This document shows, in pieces, positions 1 to 12,727 of a stretch of DNA of 64,000 bases. A program made the position numbers and the translations under genes. The notes below the pieces were generated by a model. That model made no database searches. It worked only from the letters and a program-made list of their open reading frames with translations, and was not told the origin of the DNA. This DNA comes from Macrostomum hystrix (taxonomy: Eukaryota > Animalia > Platyhelminthes): the NCBI GenBank assembly GCA_950097015.1, contig CATNEN010000038.1:6386001-6450000 (forward strand), read 5' to 3'. Positions within the stretch are counted from its first letter, which is position 1, and every line of letters begins with the position of its first letter.

Positions 1-3000
1 GAGCTGCTTCTGTTTACTTTTCTCCATCCGAAGCTGACGGTTCATCTGACGCCATTTGGCTTGCACCTGCTCGTCTGACAGACCAACTATTAAATCGTCG
101 CTCATGTATGACGGTTCCGTCTGCAGCAAATGCGATTGGGGCAATCATCGGTAAAAAATATAATTCTTGAATTGACAAATACATGAAAAGTTACGAGTAC
201 ATTACATGCATATCCTGTTTAACAACCACTTTTTTCAACGACTCTACCCTGTCCCAGATAATTTACCATTTTCCGGCTCTGCAAACTGGCGGCCGAAAAA
301 GTTTTATTGTCATCGTCCGCAGCATCGTCAGTGGCGTTGGCTGACGCTGACTGCACTTTCTCTACTGCATCAACGTCTAAAGCCTGTGTCGCCTCGCTGT
401 CCAGCTCATCCGCGTGTTTAAAAATGGCGTCAATCGCTCTGTCGACGTCGGCTTCGGCGGCGCGTTCTCGCACAATGGCATAGCGTATGATGTAGCGATC
501 GCGCACGCTAGCGGGCATTAGGTGCAGGTCACGTGAGTTGTTGATGCGGCACACCAGCAGCTTCGTCAAGGCGTCACTATTCTAAAAACAGTTATTTTTT
601 CTTTGAAAGATATCCGTGGCAACGCAAAACTAAGATTTAAATGATAAGACTGAGGAAGTTGAGTCGTTTATAATCATATGACACAGTAGAGAGTGGCTAT
701 AAATTCACTAATATTTCTACACCAATACATCAAGATCTCTAACATTAGATAATAACGGGTGTCCCAAAAAAGGATAACACTTTGTGCGCTCACTGTGAGT
801 GAGCAGTTAGGCCTATAGCCCAGTAATTTAACAGGTCTACAGTAAACATTTGTAAGTTTTCCCACAAAAACTTGGTTACGAAAAATTGCTCTAGAGGCGA
901 GTTATTGAGCACAGAAGTGTACGCTAGCTTTTCTGCCAAGCTTTGCCTACACAGCTGCCATAGACAATCTTTTGCTTTAAAAAATATTATGGAGCATAGA
1001 CTCTGAGACGGTGTGTGGTCAAATGCCAGTTTATTTGAAAAATCGCTGTTGATTTTTTGAGCTTGTAAGTGCAGTACGCTAGCTTCTCTGCTAAGCTTTG
1101 CCATAGACGGAGGCCATAGACAATCTTTTGCGTACGAAAATGACAGAGCATGCATAGACTCTGAGACTGATCTAACGTTAAATTTTCCCATGGACCATAG
1201 CAGCTGGATAGTAGAAACCGTCAATGGCCTGTAAGCTTGAAGAAGAAACTCGTATTCGGATCATCCAGTGCTATTACCAAAATGGAGAGAGCGTCACAGC
1301 TGCTTCGAGACAGTTCAACACTTGGCGAAATGCTCAACCAAACGCTGCGGCCATTCCTCTTTGCACAAATAAGAATTGTTCATCAACTGGTGAAAGGTTT
1401 CTGACAAAAAAGAACTTCACAAGCTGTCACATTAATGACACAGCGGCAGACCTCGCAGTGTCAGGACATAAGAGCGCGTTTTTGACGTGATGAGAGAGTT
1501 GGAGCGTGAGAGAAAATCTCTGAGACAAGTTTCACGAGACCTCGAAATGTCAACTTCGACTGTGCAGCGAATCGCGAGACAGGATCTTCACCTGCATGCA
1601 TATCGTGCAGAGAAGAAGCACGGACTGCTACCAAGCAACTTTGTGCAGCGAGCAGAACTGTGTCATCTAGTGCTGAACACTCTTGAGAACACCAATCAGT
1701 CAATTGTGTTTGTTGACGAAGCCACATTTCGAACAGACGGCACGGTCAATCTCACGAATGACCGGTTCTGGTTCACACGTGGCACAGCCCCGAACATCCC
1801 GCCAGTCGATGCACGTCAAAATGCGCAAAGAGCAACAGTATTGGCTGCAGTGTCACGAGACTGGCTTGGGGGGCCTATTTTTTCCCTGGAACTGTCAACT
1901 CTAAGGCTTATCAGGATGCATTGGAGCTTTTTCTGATTCCGGATCTTCATTCGGCTGGCATCCGAAACGTTTGGTTTGTGCAAGATGGTGCTACTGCGCA
2001 CACTTCCATCTCGACTAGCCAGTTTCTTTGTGCGACGCTTTCGGTGCCGATAGAGTGATTAGCAAGTTTTTTAACACACCTTGGCCAGCAAGGTCACCTG
2101 ATTTGAATCCGGTCGAATACTTTCTTTGAGGCTTTGCTCGTGAGCTCCTCATCGTTCGATCTTTTGATTGGATTTGGATTTGGAACCGGATGGATGCTGT
2201 CCGCAATGCCGCCGATGGCTTCTTTGGTCGGCTCCGTGAGTGCATTGAAAATGATGGGTATCATTTGAGGCACAGATAAAAGTTTATGAACACCATGTTG
2301 CTATGCTCACTGTACGTTGTTGTTTATCCTTGTTTGCGTTACATGTTTGCTTTATGCTCCGTTTTTTCAAATAAACTGGCATTTGACCACACACCGTGTT
2401 ACCATTTTTTTGGGACACCCGTTATATATCACCATTAGGTCCATGGAGCAAGTCCATGGGGCAATGTAAAATGCTCGCTGCATTCTCACCCGAAATCTGA
2501 AGCACACAACCGAGAAGTGCGTCTTGGCCACAATCAGAAATCGAGAGTCTGCCACCAGCCTGCTCTCGAACAGCTTGGCAAGCCGACAGTGCTGCGGGTG
2601 ACGGGCAGGACATGTTGCTGAATAACAATCAATATTTATCAAATGTTTCAAACCCGTAACACAGGCGCATACTGTCAAATTTTCGTTTTGGAAATCTCAG
2701 ACTGGCCTGCGAAACCATGCGTTCTGTTCGCCCGAAAATCCCTTATGAAAATATTTTCTTTTCCGGTGCAACTGGGATCCTAATAGGGCGGTCGGGGAAA
2801 ATTTCGGTGGAGACATTTCATCCGTTACAAAAGATCTCGATTAGTAAAATCGAGGAAATATTGACTAAATAAAAAAACTGTAGCATAACGTCAGTTTTAT
2901 TAGTTAATAAACAAAGTTCAACTCACCGATCTGATATGCTTTCTGAGTCCTTCAACACCGTAGAGTCTGATTACAAACCAGAGTTTCAGAGAGCGAAAGC

Positions 3001-6000
3001 GCCTGCTCAACGGTATGCCCCAGTCCTTCAGGTCGCAGATTTCTTCTGAAATGTTGACACAGAATCTTTGGGTCATTGATGAGCATATTCATCTCATTAG
3101 AGATGAACCACCTCTAATGCAGCTTGAAACACCTCTGATACAGCCTGATACAGCCTGATACAGCCTGTTACACCTCTGATACAGCCTGTTACACCTCTGA
3201 TACAGCCTGTTACACCTCTGATACAGCCTGATACAGCCTGAAACACATCTGATACAGCCTGATACACATCTGATACAGCCTGATACACATCTGATACAGC
3301 CTGAAACACATCTGATACAGCCTGATACACCTCTGATACAGCCTGATACACCGATACACCCTGATATAGCCTGGGATACAGCCTGAGACACCTGAAAAAC
3401 CTCTGATACACCCTGATACAGCCTTAAACACCTCTGATATAGTTTGAAACACCTGATATAGCCTTAAAAACCTGATACAGCCTGAAATTCCTGAACACTT
3501 TATGCTATTATGTAATTTAAACGTTCATATATGCTTCAAGTAACAGCTGAACTGTTAAAAATACAATTTGATGCAACTTACCAATTGGGTTTTTGCTGTT
3601 AAACTGCTCATCATCAATAGGAGCTGGCGCTAGGCCCGCCACAAACGTGTCCTTCAGTTTCGTCTGGTTTTTTACCCTGCCAATTAAATGTCGCATGCAA
3701 GCTAATCAAATTTGACAGCTTCAGAATGTACTAAATTATTATTACGAGACTCACCAAAGAACACTGGCGTCAAAAGTGCTGAGCAGCCATTTACTGGGAT
3801 TGAAGTTTAACGAGTCAACTAGCTGAGATTAGTTAAACAAAGAGGCGTTGTTGGGCAATGTAAAATTTGTTTTAAACATATTTTTTTAACTAATTAAATG
3901 TATATAAAGTAAAAAACTTTAACCTCGACGCCTCGACTGAAACGACGGAATTCAGGACAGACGAGAGCGGCGCCCGCGTACGCGGCGTCCACGTGGCACC
4001 AGAGCTTCTCGCGTTGGCACACTGCTCCGACTGCGCCCAAATCGTCGCACGACGCGCATGCTGTAGTGCCAAGGACGGCGCAGACCTGTACAATTGTTTA
4101 GCCAAGATTTTCACTATTTGTGAGTGTAGATGTGTGTTTACTCTTGTTCAATTTTGTCTCTAGGTGTTTCCAGGTTTCTCCAGGTGTGTCGAATGTGTCA
4201 AGATGTGTTTAATATTTCTAGATTTATTGAATGTGTCCAGTTGTGTTGAATGTGTCCAGTTGTGTTGAATGTGTCCAGATTTATTGAATGTGTCCAGTTG
4301 TGTTGAATGTGTCCAGGTGTGTTGAATGTGTCCAGATGTGTTGGGTGTGCCCAGTTGTGCTGAATGTGTCCAGATGTGTTGAATGTGTCCAGTTGTGTTG
4401 AATGTGTCCAGGTGTGTTGAATGTGTCCAGATGTGTTGGGTGTGCCCAGTTGTGCTGAATGTGTCCAGATGTGTTGAATGTGTCCAGATGTGTAGAATGT
4501 GTCCAGATGTGTTGAATGTGTCCAGATGTGTAGAATGTGTCCAGTTGTGTTGAATGTGTCCAGATTTATTGAATGTGTCCAGTTGTGTTGAATGTGTCCA
4601 GGTGTGTTGAATGTGTCCAGATGTGTTGGGTGTGCCCAGTTGTGCTGAATGTGTCCAGATGTGTTGAATGTGTCCAGTTGTGTTGAATGTGTCCAGGTGT
4701 GTTGAATGTGTCCAGATGTGTTGGGTGTGCCCAGTTGTGCTGAATGTGTCCAGATGTGTTGAATGTGTCCAGATGTGTAGAATGTGCCCAGTTGTGTCGA
4801 ATGTGTCCAGATGTGTTGAATGTGTCCAGATGTGTTGAATGTGTTCAGTTGTGTTGAATGTGTCCAGATGTGTTAAATGTGTCCAGATGTGTTGAATGTG
4901 TCCAGATGTGTTAAATGTGTCCAGATGTGTTGAATGTGTCCAGATGTGTAGAATGTGTCCAGTTGTGTTGAATGTGTCCAGATGTGTTTAATATGTCCAG
5001 ATGTGTTGAATGTGTCCAGATGTGTTTATTGTGTCCAGATTTATTGAATGTGTCCAGATGTGTTTAATGTGTCCAGATGTGTTTAATGTATCCAGGTGTG
5101 TCGAATGTGTCCAGTTGTGCTGAATGTGTCCAGATGTGTTGAATGTGTCCAGTTGTGTTGGATGTGTCCAGTTGTGTTGAATGTGTCCAGTTGTGGTGAA
5201 TGTGTCCAGATGTGTAGAATGTGTCCAGTTGTGTTGAATCTGTTCAGGTAAGGCAGGGATTTGAGAACTTGAAGCTTTAGACCCACGTAGAACGGCACGA
5301 GTCCGAGCAGTCGGTCGGCTTTCACAGCCGCCTCCAGCGAATCGCAGCTCAGCGCCAGCTCGACCTCGTCATATTCGAGTCGGCGCAGTTTGACTCCGCA
5401 TATCTCAGCGGCCTTATCGACACAAGGATGGGCCAGCTGGGAACAGTAAGCCACCAGGTCCGAAAACCTCGGCAGCGACTTTGCGCCACCCTGACGGACC
5501 AGCTCACCGAGTTTGGCTTTTCGAGCGGCCAGCATACTGACCAACACGCAGTCGCTGGCCGAACCCTGCGAGCGGGTGGGGGGAAATCATTTCGCCTGAC
5601 GTCAATGTCAGCTGTCATCAGTTGTCCAGTTTGCCTGTTATTGTTGGCCTTTCCTTATTGTATTGTTTTTATCTTGGGGCTGAGTGGCAGACCGGTTAAC
5701 GCGTTCGCCTTTTTCTCCAAGGTTCTTAAGTTTGATTCCGCGGCGAGGCCACGTTCATTTGGGGCGCAGACGCGGAGAGAATGCTTGGGTGCTTCTCATG
5801 CAATTTACGCCCTTGAGGGCCAACCTCCAAGGAACAGTGAGAGTGGGCACTACCTGACACTGCCTGATGAGAAAGCAAGGTAGATGTACATCATGTGTGA
5901 GCGTATGCCTGCATACAGTATCTGTGTGCGTGTGTGCTCAGGAGTCAGCGAAATGGACAGAATTGCCTACTCTCTGGCTGCGGGTCTAGTGTCACCAAAT

Positions 6001-7642
6001 GATGTGCTATTCCCCAGATTATTCTTGTCATCAGCTTATCAGTTATCTTATCATTTCTGTATTAAAAGAAGTACACAAACACAGGTGCAACTCAGTATTG
6101 AATCACCTGCAGGGCCCCGCCGCCCAGTCGGCTGTCGTTGCGAAAGTGCGCCGGCATGCCCGTCATTTCCGCCAGCCAGTCAAGCACCAGGCGTTCCAGC
6201 TCGGTCAGGGCGGGGTTCGAGCGCCAGGTGAATCCTACACCGAAGCTGGACGACAGCAGGTCGCCTAGGATCGATGCGTAGCTGATCCCGATGGGAAAAT
6301 AAGCATTGAAACCTGGATGCAGCCAGTGGGCGGTCTGTGGGGGGGTGGAGGCGACTGGCGTATCGAATTGTACTGGATCGAAGTGTGGCTGTATTAAACT
6401 GGACTATTACATGAAGGGAGGGACTTGAGATTAGGGACGGATGATGAAATGAAAGGAGGGATGGTGAGATCCAGGGAGGGATGGTGAGATCCAGGAAGGG
6501 ATAGTGAGATGAAGGAAGGGATGGCGAGATCCAGGGAGGGATGGTGAGAAGCAGGGAGGGATGGTGAGATGAAGGAAGGGATGGTGAGATCCAGGGAGGG
6601 ATGGTGAGATCCAGGAAGGGATGGTGAGATCCAGGAAGGGATGGTGAGATCCAGGAAGGGATGGTGAGATGAAGGAAGGGATGGTGAGATGAAGGAAGGG
6701 ATGGTGAGATACAGGGAGGGATGGCGAGATCCAGGAAGGGATGGTGAGATCCAGGAAGGGATGGTGAGATCCAGGGAGGGATGGTGAGATCCAGGAAGGG
6801 ATGGTGAGATCCAGGAAGGGATGGTGAGATGAAGGAAGGGATGGTGAGATCCAGGAAGGGATGGTGAGAAGCAGGGAGGGATGGTGAGATGAAGGAAGGG
6901 ATGGTGAGATCCAGGGAGGGATGGTGAGATCCAGGAAGGGATGGTGAGATCCAGGAAGGGATGGTGAGATCCAGGAAGGGATGGTGAGATGAAGGAAGGG
7001 ATGGTGAGATGAAGGAAGGGATGGTGAGATACAGGGAGGGATGGCGAGATCCAGGAAGGGATGGTGAGATCCAGGAAGGGATGGTGAGATCCAGGAAGGG
7101 ATGGTGAGATGAAGGAAGGGATGGTGAGATGAAGGAAGGGGAGCAGGGTTGGAGGGAGGGATGGAGAGAAGCATGGAGGGATGGTGAGATGAAGGAAGGG
7201 GAGCAGGGTTGGAGGGAGGGATGGAGAGAAGCATGGAGGGATGGTGAGATGAAGGAAGGGGAGCAGGGTTGGAGGGAGGGATGGAGAGAAGCAGGGAGGG
7301 ATGGTGAGATGAAGGAAGGGGAGCAGGGTTGGAGTGAGGGATGGTTAGATGCAGGTTGAGTATTTTTAGATGATTTCGACGATGCAGTTCAGAGTCAGCA
7401 TGGAGTGACCTCACCCCGCTAAGGATGTGCTGCTTTACGTCGTCCATGACCTGCTGCCAAGACTCCGGCTTCTCTGGCGGCTGCAGTGACAATCTTTGTC
7501 GAATGTAACCGGGCAGCACTCGCGGCATGGCCTCGCCCTGACCGCTGTCCAGATTCTCCATGTAGTCGGCGATGAAGTCGATCAGCTGCTTGCCGCAGCG
7601 ACGAAACTCGGCCGCGTCCATTGGCGGTGGCCCTGTCGGCAT
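1..7642 (-). CDS. PLP-dependent group II (aromatic L-amino-acid) decarboxylase, tyrosine-decarboxylase-like; multi-exon, 3' end probably outside the window
   Basis: Exons (minus): 7642-7415, 6334-6107, 5565-5287, 4085-3924, 3822-3755, 3676-3582, 3045-2927, 2591-2490, 581-267, probable 120-<1. All junctions are GT-AG and phase-consistent. Motifs: [82 protein letters not shown] (PLP lysine), [22 protein letters not shown]. Alternative start ATG at 7621. Confidence 0.93.
755..2422 (+). mobile_element. Decayed Tc1/mariner-superfamily DNA transposon in decarboxylase intron 8
   Basis: Imperfect ~26-bp TIRs (acgggtgtcccaaaaaaggataacac / gtgttaccattttttgggacacccgt), flanked by TA at 753-754 and 2423-2424. 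Frameshifted transposase ~1224-2280 with HTH ([19 protein letters not shown]), [15 protein letters not shown] and [13 protein letters not shown] followed by a stop. Confidence 0.9.
3105..3495. repeat. Intronic minisatellite, ~21 bp unit (ctgatacagcctgatacacct-like)
   Basis: Tandem units fill most of decarboxylase intron 6. Confidence 0.9.
4170..5245. repeat. Intronic minisatellite, 19 bp unit (gtgttgaatgtgtccagat)
   Basis: About 55 tandem units fill decarboxylase intron 3. Confidence 0.95.
5676..6020 (+). mobile_element. tRNA-derived SINE, family A
   Basis: Head ggggctgagtggcagaccggttaacgcg (A-box-like) plus a degenerate B box. Body matches 62520-62840(-), 33305-33535, 22107-22215, 15510-15670(-) and 26660-26745(-). 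Confidence 0.7.
6435..7355. repeat. Intronic minisatellite, 20 bp unit (atggtgagatccaggaaggg) with a 60-bp higher-order variant
   Basis: Fills decarboxylase intron 1 and produces the low-complexity tail of ORF 6431..7651. Confidence 0.95.
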
Positions 7643-8452
7643 GCGAAACACTTTCAGTTAGTCAGGGCAGCGCTGGAGCCATACTGCATGACGCTGGCAT
7701 TCTCGCTGAGCAAAGTTTAAGCTTAGCAAAACTCCATGACTGTCTATGGCATGAAGCTGGTGAATTTTCGAGCTATAAATATTAGCTGATAGTCGCACTT
7801 TTAAGAGTAGTAAGATCACACTATTCTCCCCCTGGGGAAAGACCGAGGTGTTATTTCAAATACCCACTGCATATAACAATTATAACAAAGGATATAACAA
7901 TTACTATTTAACCATTACAATGTAATAAAAAATAATAGCCGACATAATGAATTATTTGAGCAGGAAAATTTGACTACATTGGTAGTTTTTGCCACCAGTC
8001 GCCCCAACGAGAATCGTTGGATATCTCGATGATGCTGATGTTTTTGTGATTTTGGAAGTGTTTCATCTGATAGAGTTGAAAAATTTGACTCGTCTTCAAA
8101 TTTTTATCGCGATTGCACGGTTGAATATTTGCACGGTAGCACGGGGGTGAAATTAGCGTGGTATTTCTACTGTTAACACCCAATGGTTGTTGAATCTACA
8201 AGGTGAGTGCGTGCTCAAGCATGTGCATCAATATACACGTATTTCATCCTACATACAGTCAAACAGGCTATATATAGATGTGCGTGGCTTAAGGTTGAGC
8301 AGAAATGGCATGCCGAAGGAATGTCCATGTCTATGGCCAAAGGTAATGGCTCGAAAAGCAATTTCAAAAGCATTCTCTGCTTCGCTGCACTCTTCTCTCT
8401 ACATTGCTGAGCTGCATATACGAGCACAAACATATTCTCGGTGGGCGCTAAA

Positions 8453-11400
8453 ATGAACAATTCTCAACAGCCCTTTCCATTTTCCTTGTTGAAACCAGAT
8501 GTAGCCAGGAAAAAATTATCAAAGATGCAGCTGCTGTACGCTGCATCCAATCCGGAGGTCGGCGAGGCGTCCCGAGCTAGCCGCCGGCGAGAAATGAGGC
8601 GCAGCATCATGAAGTCCTTGGAAAGTTTCTTCGCAGACATAGAAAAGGAACTGCAGAGTAAGCCTTTAAATCCATGTTAGTGCCCTTCAAATCCATGTTG
8701 GCAACCCTTTAATCGAATTCAAAAGATTTCCTTAATCCGTTAAAAGCTTCTCCGGATGAGGTGAATGATGAAGCATGCAGGCAGGCATTTTTCGAAGAGC
8801 TGGCGAGGTGCTCTCTGCCTCCGGTGGAACCATCTGACTTCAAGGAACTTCAATCGGAGCTCACTCAGAGCATCAGCCCCGGCGGCGGCAAATCGGGAAT
8901 CGAAGCAAAAAATGCTAAGTAAGTTTTAACAGTCCTGATTTGCTCAGCAGACCTTTTCATAGATTTCCAGTAATAAACAAAGTCCATCTGGTCTGCGGAG
9001 TTTTTACAGGCTGACCCGCAAACGTCACCGGTTCAGCCGGGTGCGGCCTCTGCACTTTTGCGCCGCTCACAAGTTCTTGTGCTTCAGAAACAACGGCGAC
9101 CTGATAGCCACAACGCCGAACTCCGTTCTAATTTACGATCGGCCACCGGCTGTGTGCGAGCTCATCTACAAGGAGCCGCTCTACAGCATACTGATCAGCG
9201 GCGTGAGTATGGCAGCCGACCTCAACGAAAACCGCATTCTGCTACTGCGACAGGGCAGCTACATGGCGACCGAAGAGGTACAGTACTATAGCTCTAAGTG
9301 GTAGCTCTAGGTGGCATCTCGTACCAGCTGGTATTGGGCAGCAACACGGGGGTTTTTTTTATTCTTGGCCCAATAAGGTTTGGCATTGAAGTTTTGAAGC
9401 AATGTTACGGAGCAATGTTACTTATTCTTGTCACTCAAACAACAGTGTTGTCTTTCTACTGTTTAAAGCGTCAACAACGAAAGTATATTTAGAGATTGCA
9501 ATTTTGGCCCAGCGAGGGTACGGGAATTCCGTGAGAAGGCATTATTATCAAAAGGATTTTAAGAATGATAGGGAGCAAAGCACAAAAATTTCTGTCCCCG
9601 ACAGAGAGCGGCAGATGAGTTGCTGATGGCGGAGGTGGCCACGGGTGAAACTCAGCTGATGGCAAACATCGCTCTGCCGCAACACACCATACTGCGTCAC
9701 GTGGCAGGGGGCCAACTTTTAACCTCGGAGAAAGCCAGTAGGCGAGGTAATTTTTCCAGCGAATTTTGCGCTAACAAAGTCAGTGCCGTCTATTTTTAGG
9801 GACAAGTCTAACACAGCTGCTAATTTTAATTATGCAGATGGTGCCGAGTGCCGCGGCATGCAAGTGAACCAAAATGAACACAAGGTCTACCTGCTGTACG
9901 ATTATTACCTGCTTGTTATTGACTTGGACATGCAGCTGGAGCCTTTGGTGATTAAACTGCGATGCCCGACTGATGAGGTTAGTCAGTTCGTGCATTTAAA
10001 AAATAACAGTTCTGATTTTAGCCAATCAGCGATTTGCTTGAGGATAGAGAAAGACAACATTAGTTCTAACCAATCAGCAATCAGCTAAAGGCTAGAGAGG
10101 ACAACATTAGTTTTAGCCAATCAGCGATTAGCTAGAGGCTAGAGAAGGACAACATTAGTTCATTCTTAATTTAACAAAGTTATTAGTAGAGACTTAAAAG
10201 AACAGCATCGATTCTAGCCAATCAGTGATTAGCTAAAAGCTAGAGTAGAACAACTTTAGTTCTAGCCAATCGAAACCACGTTCAGATAATCTCTCCACTG
10301 TCAAAAAACCCTTGCTTTCAGATGTCTCCGGCGGTTGCCCTGATGGAATTTGACCGCGCAGTCTTCGTGCTGACTGCCGACTCGCATCTACTCACATCCA
10401 GCAAGGTTAGCTTGTTCAGCCCAAACACCAGCTCCTGCTGCTTGACTATCCTGCATCGTCTGGACAGCCGTCTGGCTGCCAGCGAGATACGCAGCTGCGT
10501 GGTTGATCGCCATCAGGCCACTGCCTTCTTTAGTGTTCCCCGCGGCTGCAAGCTGATCAGTTTGGCTTTTCCTATGCCATTCAGGGACTCGACTAAGTCC
10601 ATTGATTTTGAGAACCCGGTCAACTTTCCCGTGCTGCAGGACCGGCTCTATGCCACCGCCAACTGCTCGAACAAATCCGCCGCTATACCCTGTGAGTGCC
10701 TGCAGACTCAGAATCCTGCGTACTGTAAGACTAGCGTTTAGGTAGGCACGAAGCCCATGAGAGACAGCCTAAGCTGACTGCAGATTTATATTTGAAAGCT
10801 TTGGGGTGGCGCCGACCCGCACCCCAGCACGTTGCACGACGCACACGCGAGAATGTACATAGCGTGCACATACGATGGCTTACAGTACAAACATTAGAAA
10901 TTAGTTTCAATATTATCCCACACAGAGATTAAGCCACCGAGAGTGACTTCCAGCAGAAATAATACCAACAAGATACCCCTCACCACGTATCTCTTTCAAG
11001 CTGGTTGAGATGTTCCACCGCAGGGGATTTTTCATGAATTTCCCGTCGATATTACCCCGTCGAGATTCTCCCGTCGGTATTACCCTGTCAGGATTTTTCC
11101 GCCTGCATTTCGACACAGAGATTTCCCTGGCCACATTTTCAGACAGAATTTCCCCGCAACTATTTTCCAGACGTGATTTTCCCAGATTTCAAAGTTGGGG
11201 ATTTTATTCAATAAATAAAAAGCATTTGCGGCAAGTACCTGTGGGAGAATTTTTCTCACAGGGCAATTTTTCTTAGGAGATATTCTTGATCATCGCTGTT
11301 AGTTTATGTCGCCCGTGAAATGGTCACATCGTCTTCAGGCGCCATGGCCTGGGATCCAACAACTGACCAATTGCTTGTGCTCGAAAGTGGCACCGAGAAC

Positions 11401-11643
11401 AATGGGCTTCTGGTGGCTGTAGACTTCTATCTCGACGATGATGCTGGAGGCGACAGTAATGTGGGAACCCTCACGGAACTTTGGGCGGCTGAGAACGAGC
11501 GCCAGCTGACGTCATCGAGATCATCAGACCCGCTGCCCATTGTGAAGACCTTCGGGGCGAAAGTCGTTGGCCCGCTATCCAGATTCAACGAGGCAACGAG
11601 AAGCAAAATAACTGGATCGAAGAGAATAAATAGTTATCGATAG
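8453..11643 (+). CDS. Uncharacterised 7-exon protein (~533 aa); C-terminal half has beta-propeller-like character
   Basis: Exons 8453-8657, 8747-8918, 9010-9277, 9605-9746, 9838-9977, 10322-10691, 11339-11643. All are GT-AG with matching phases (1,2,0,1,0,1); total 1602 nt, open. Blade-like segments: CRGMQVNQNEHKVYLL, CAMAWDPTTDQLLVLES. Confidence 0.8.
10015..10272. repeat. Degenerate ~46 bp tandem repeat (ttagccaatcagcgattagctagaggctagag...)
   Basis: Four to five imperfect copies in intron 5 of the unknown gene. Confidence 0.7.
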
Positions 11644-12727
11644 AGTTGTTTGAGTTGTTGTGGAAATTACCATCATTTTTTAAGTAATTACTTCTCAATA
11701 GCCGTTCTTGATAGTTAGAACTTATTCGATTTTATAATTATCTGATTCTATGTCCCAGAGAATATCGTCATCATCTGTTAGATTTTATTTCATGTATAAG
11801 GACCTTGGGTATTCACTTACCGCGATCTTACAGCGATGTCGCTATTGGCTCTAAGCTGTCACGTGATGACCGTTTTGTCCGTTAGCGACGCATGTGTGTT
11901 GCCTATTGGAACGATTGAGGGAACAAATAAATGATCACGCCACACGCTGCAGTGGCGTGGGACCAGCCTTGCGCTAAATATAGCCTTCTCGCATGCATCA
12001 CGTGACATCGACCTTCGAAGTTGAAGTTAGAGCGAAAATACTTGACACTTTTTATAAGAATCGCTTTTTTGTTTGAAACAAAAAACTTAAGATTAAGAAT
12101 AATTGTCGAGCCTAGTGAAAATAGATATAAAATATAAATAGGCAAAAATATTTTTATACACTTAATAGATACATTGTGTACACAGGTACATTGATACACG
12201 TTACACTGATTGAAATCCTTTTTAAAAGAACCATATTCATAAATATCTAATTTTTGGACAAATAAACTGATTGTTTATCAATTTTCTAGTTTGTGTGGTA
12301 AGGTGTGGGTTTGTGTGGTACGGAAGGGTAGTGTGGTATTTTATGGGTTTGTGTGGTATGGTACGGGTTTGTGCGGTGTGTCCAAGAAAAATGAACACAG
12401 TCCAACAGAACATGGTACTTGTAAGTGCTTAGAATTTCCATCAAACATTTGGATCTAAAAATTTCAGCTCGCAAAGCAGTTTATTGAAAAAGGACCGAGT
12501 CGAAGAGCAACTTGGCCGAGATGGAAAGGGCAAACGAACAAAAAAACGAACAGAAACTTAGGGATATAACGCGATCCGATAAATTTGCGGCTAACGAATT
12601 TTGGCCGCGAAATCACTAGTGGCCCAGATAACATCCCAAGGCCAGTTGCTGAAGTCCTTGGCATTCAGAACCTGCAGGCGCCTGCCACTCAGGGTGTGCG
12701 GCAGGAGGCCGTGCGACTCGCAGAACT

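Noticed and set aside
10905-11290. Intronic segment with recurring ttccc/gattt motifs as a MITE
   Set aside because: No clear TIR or TSD could be defined.
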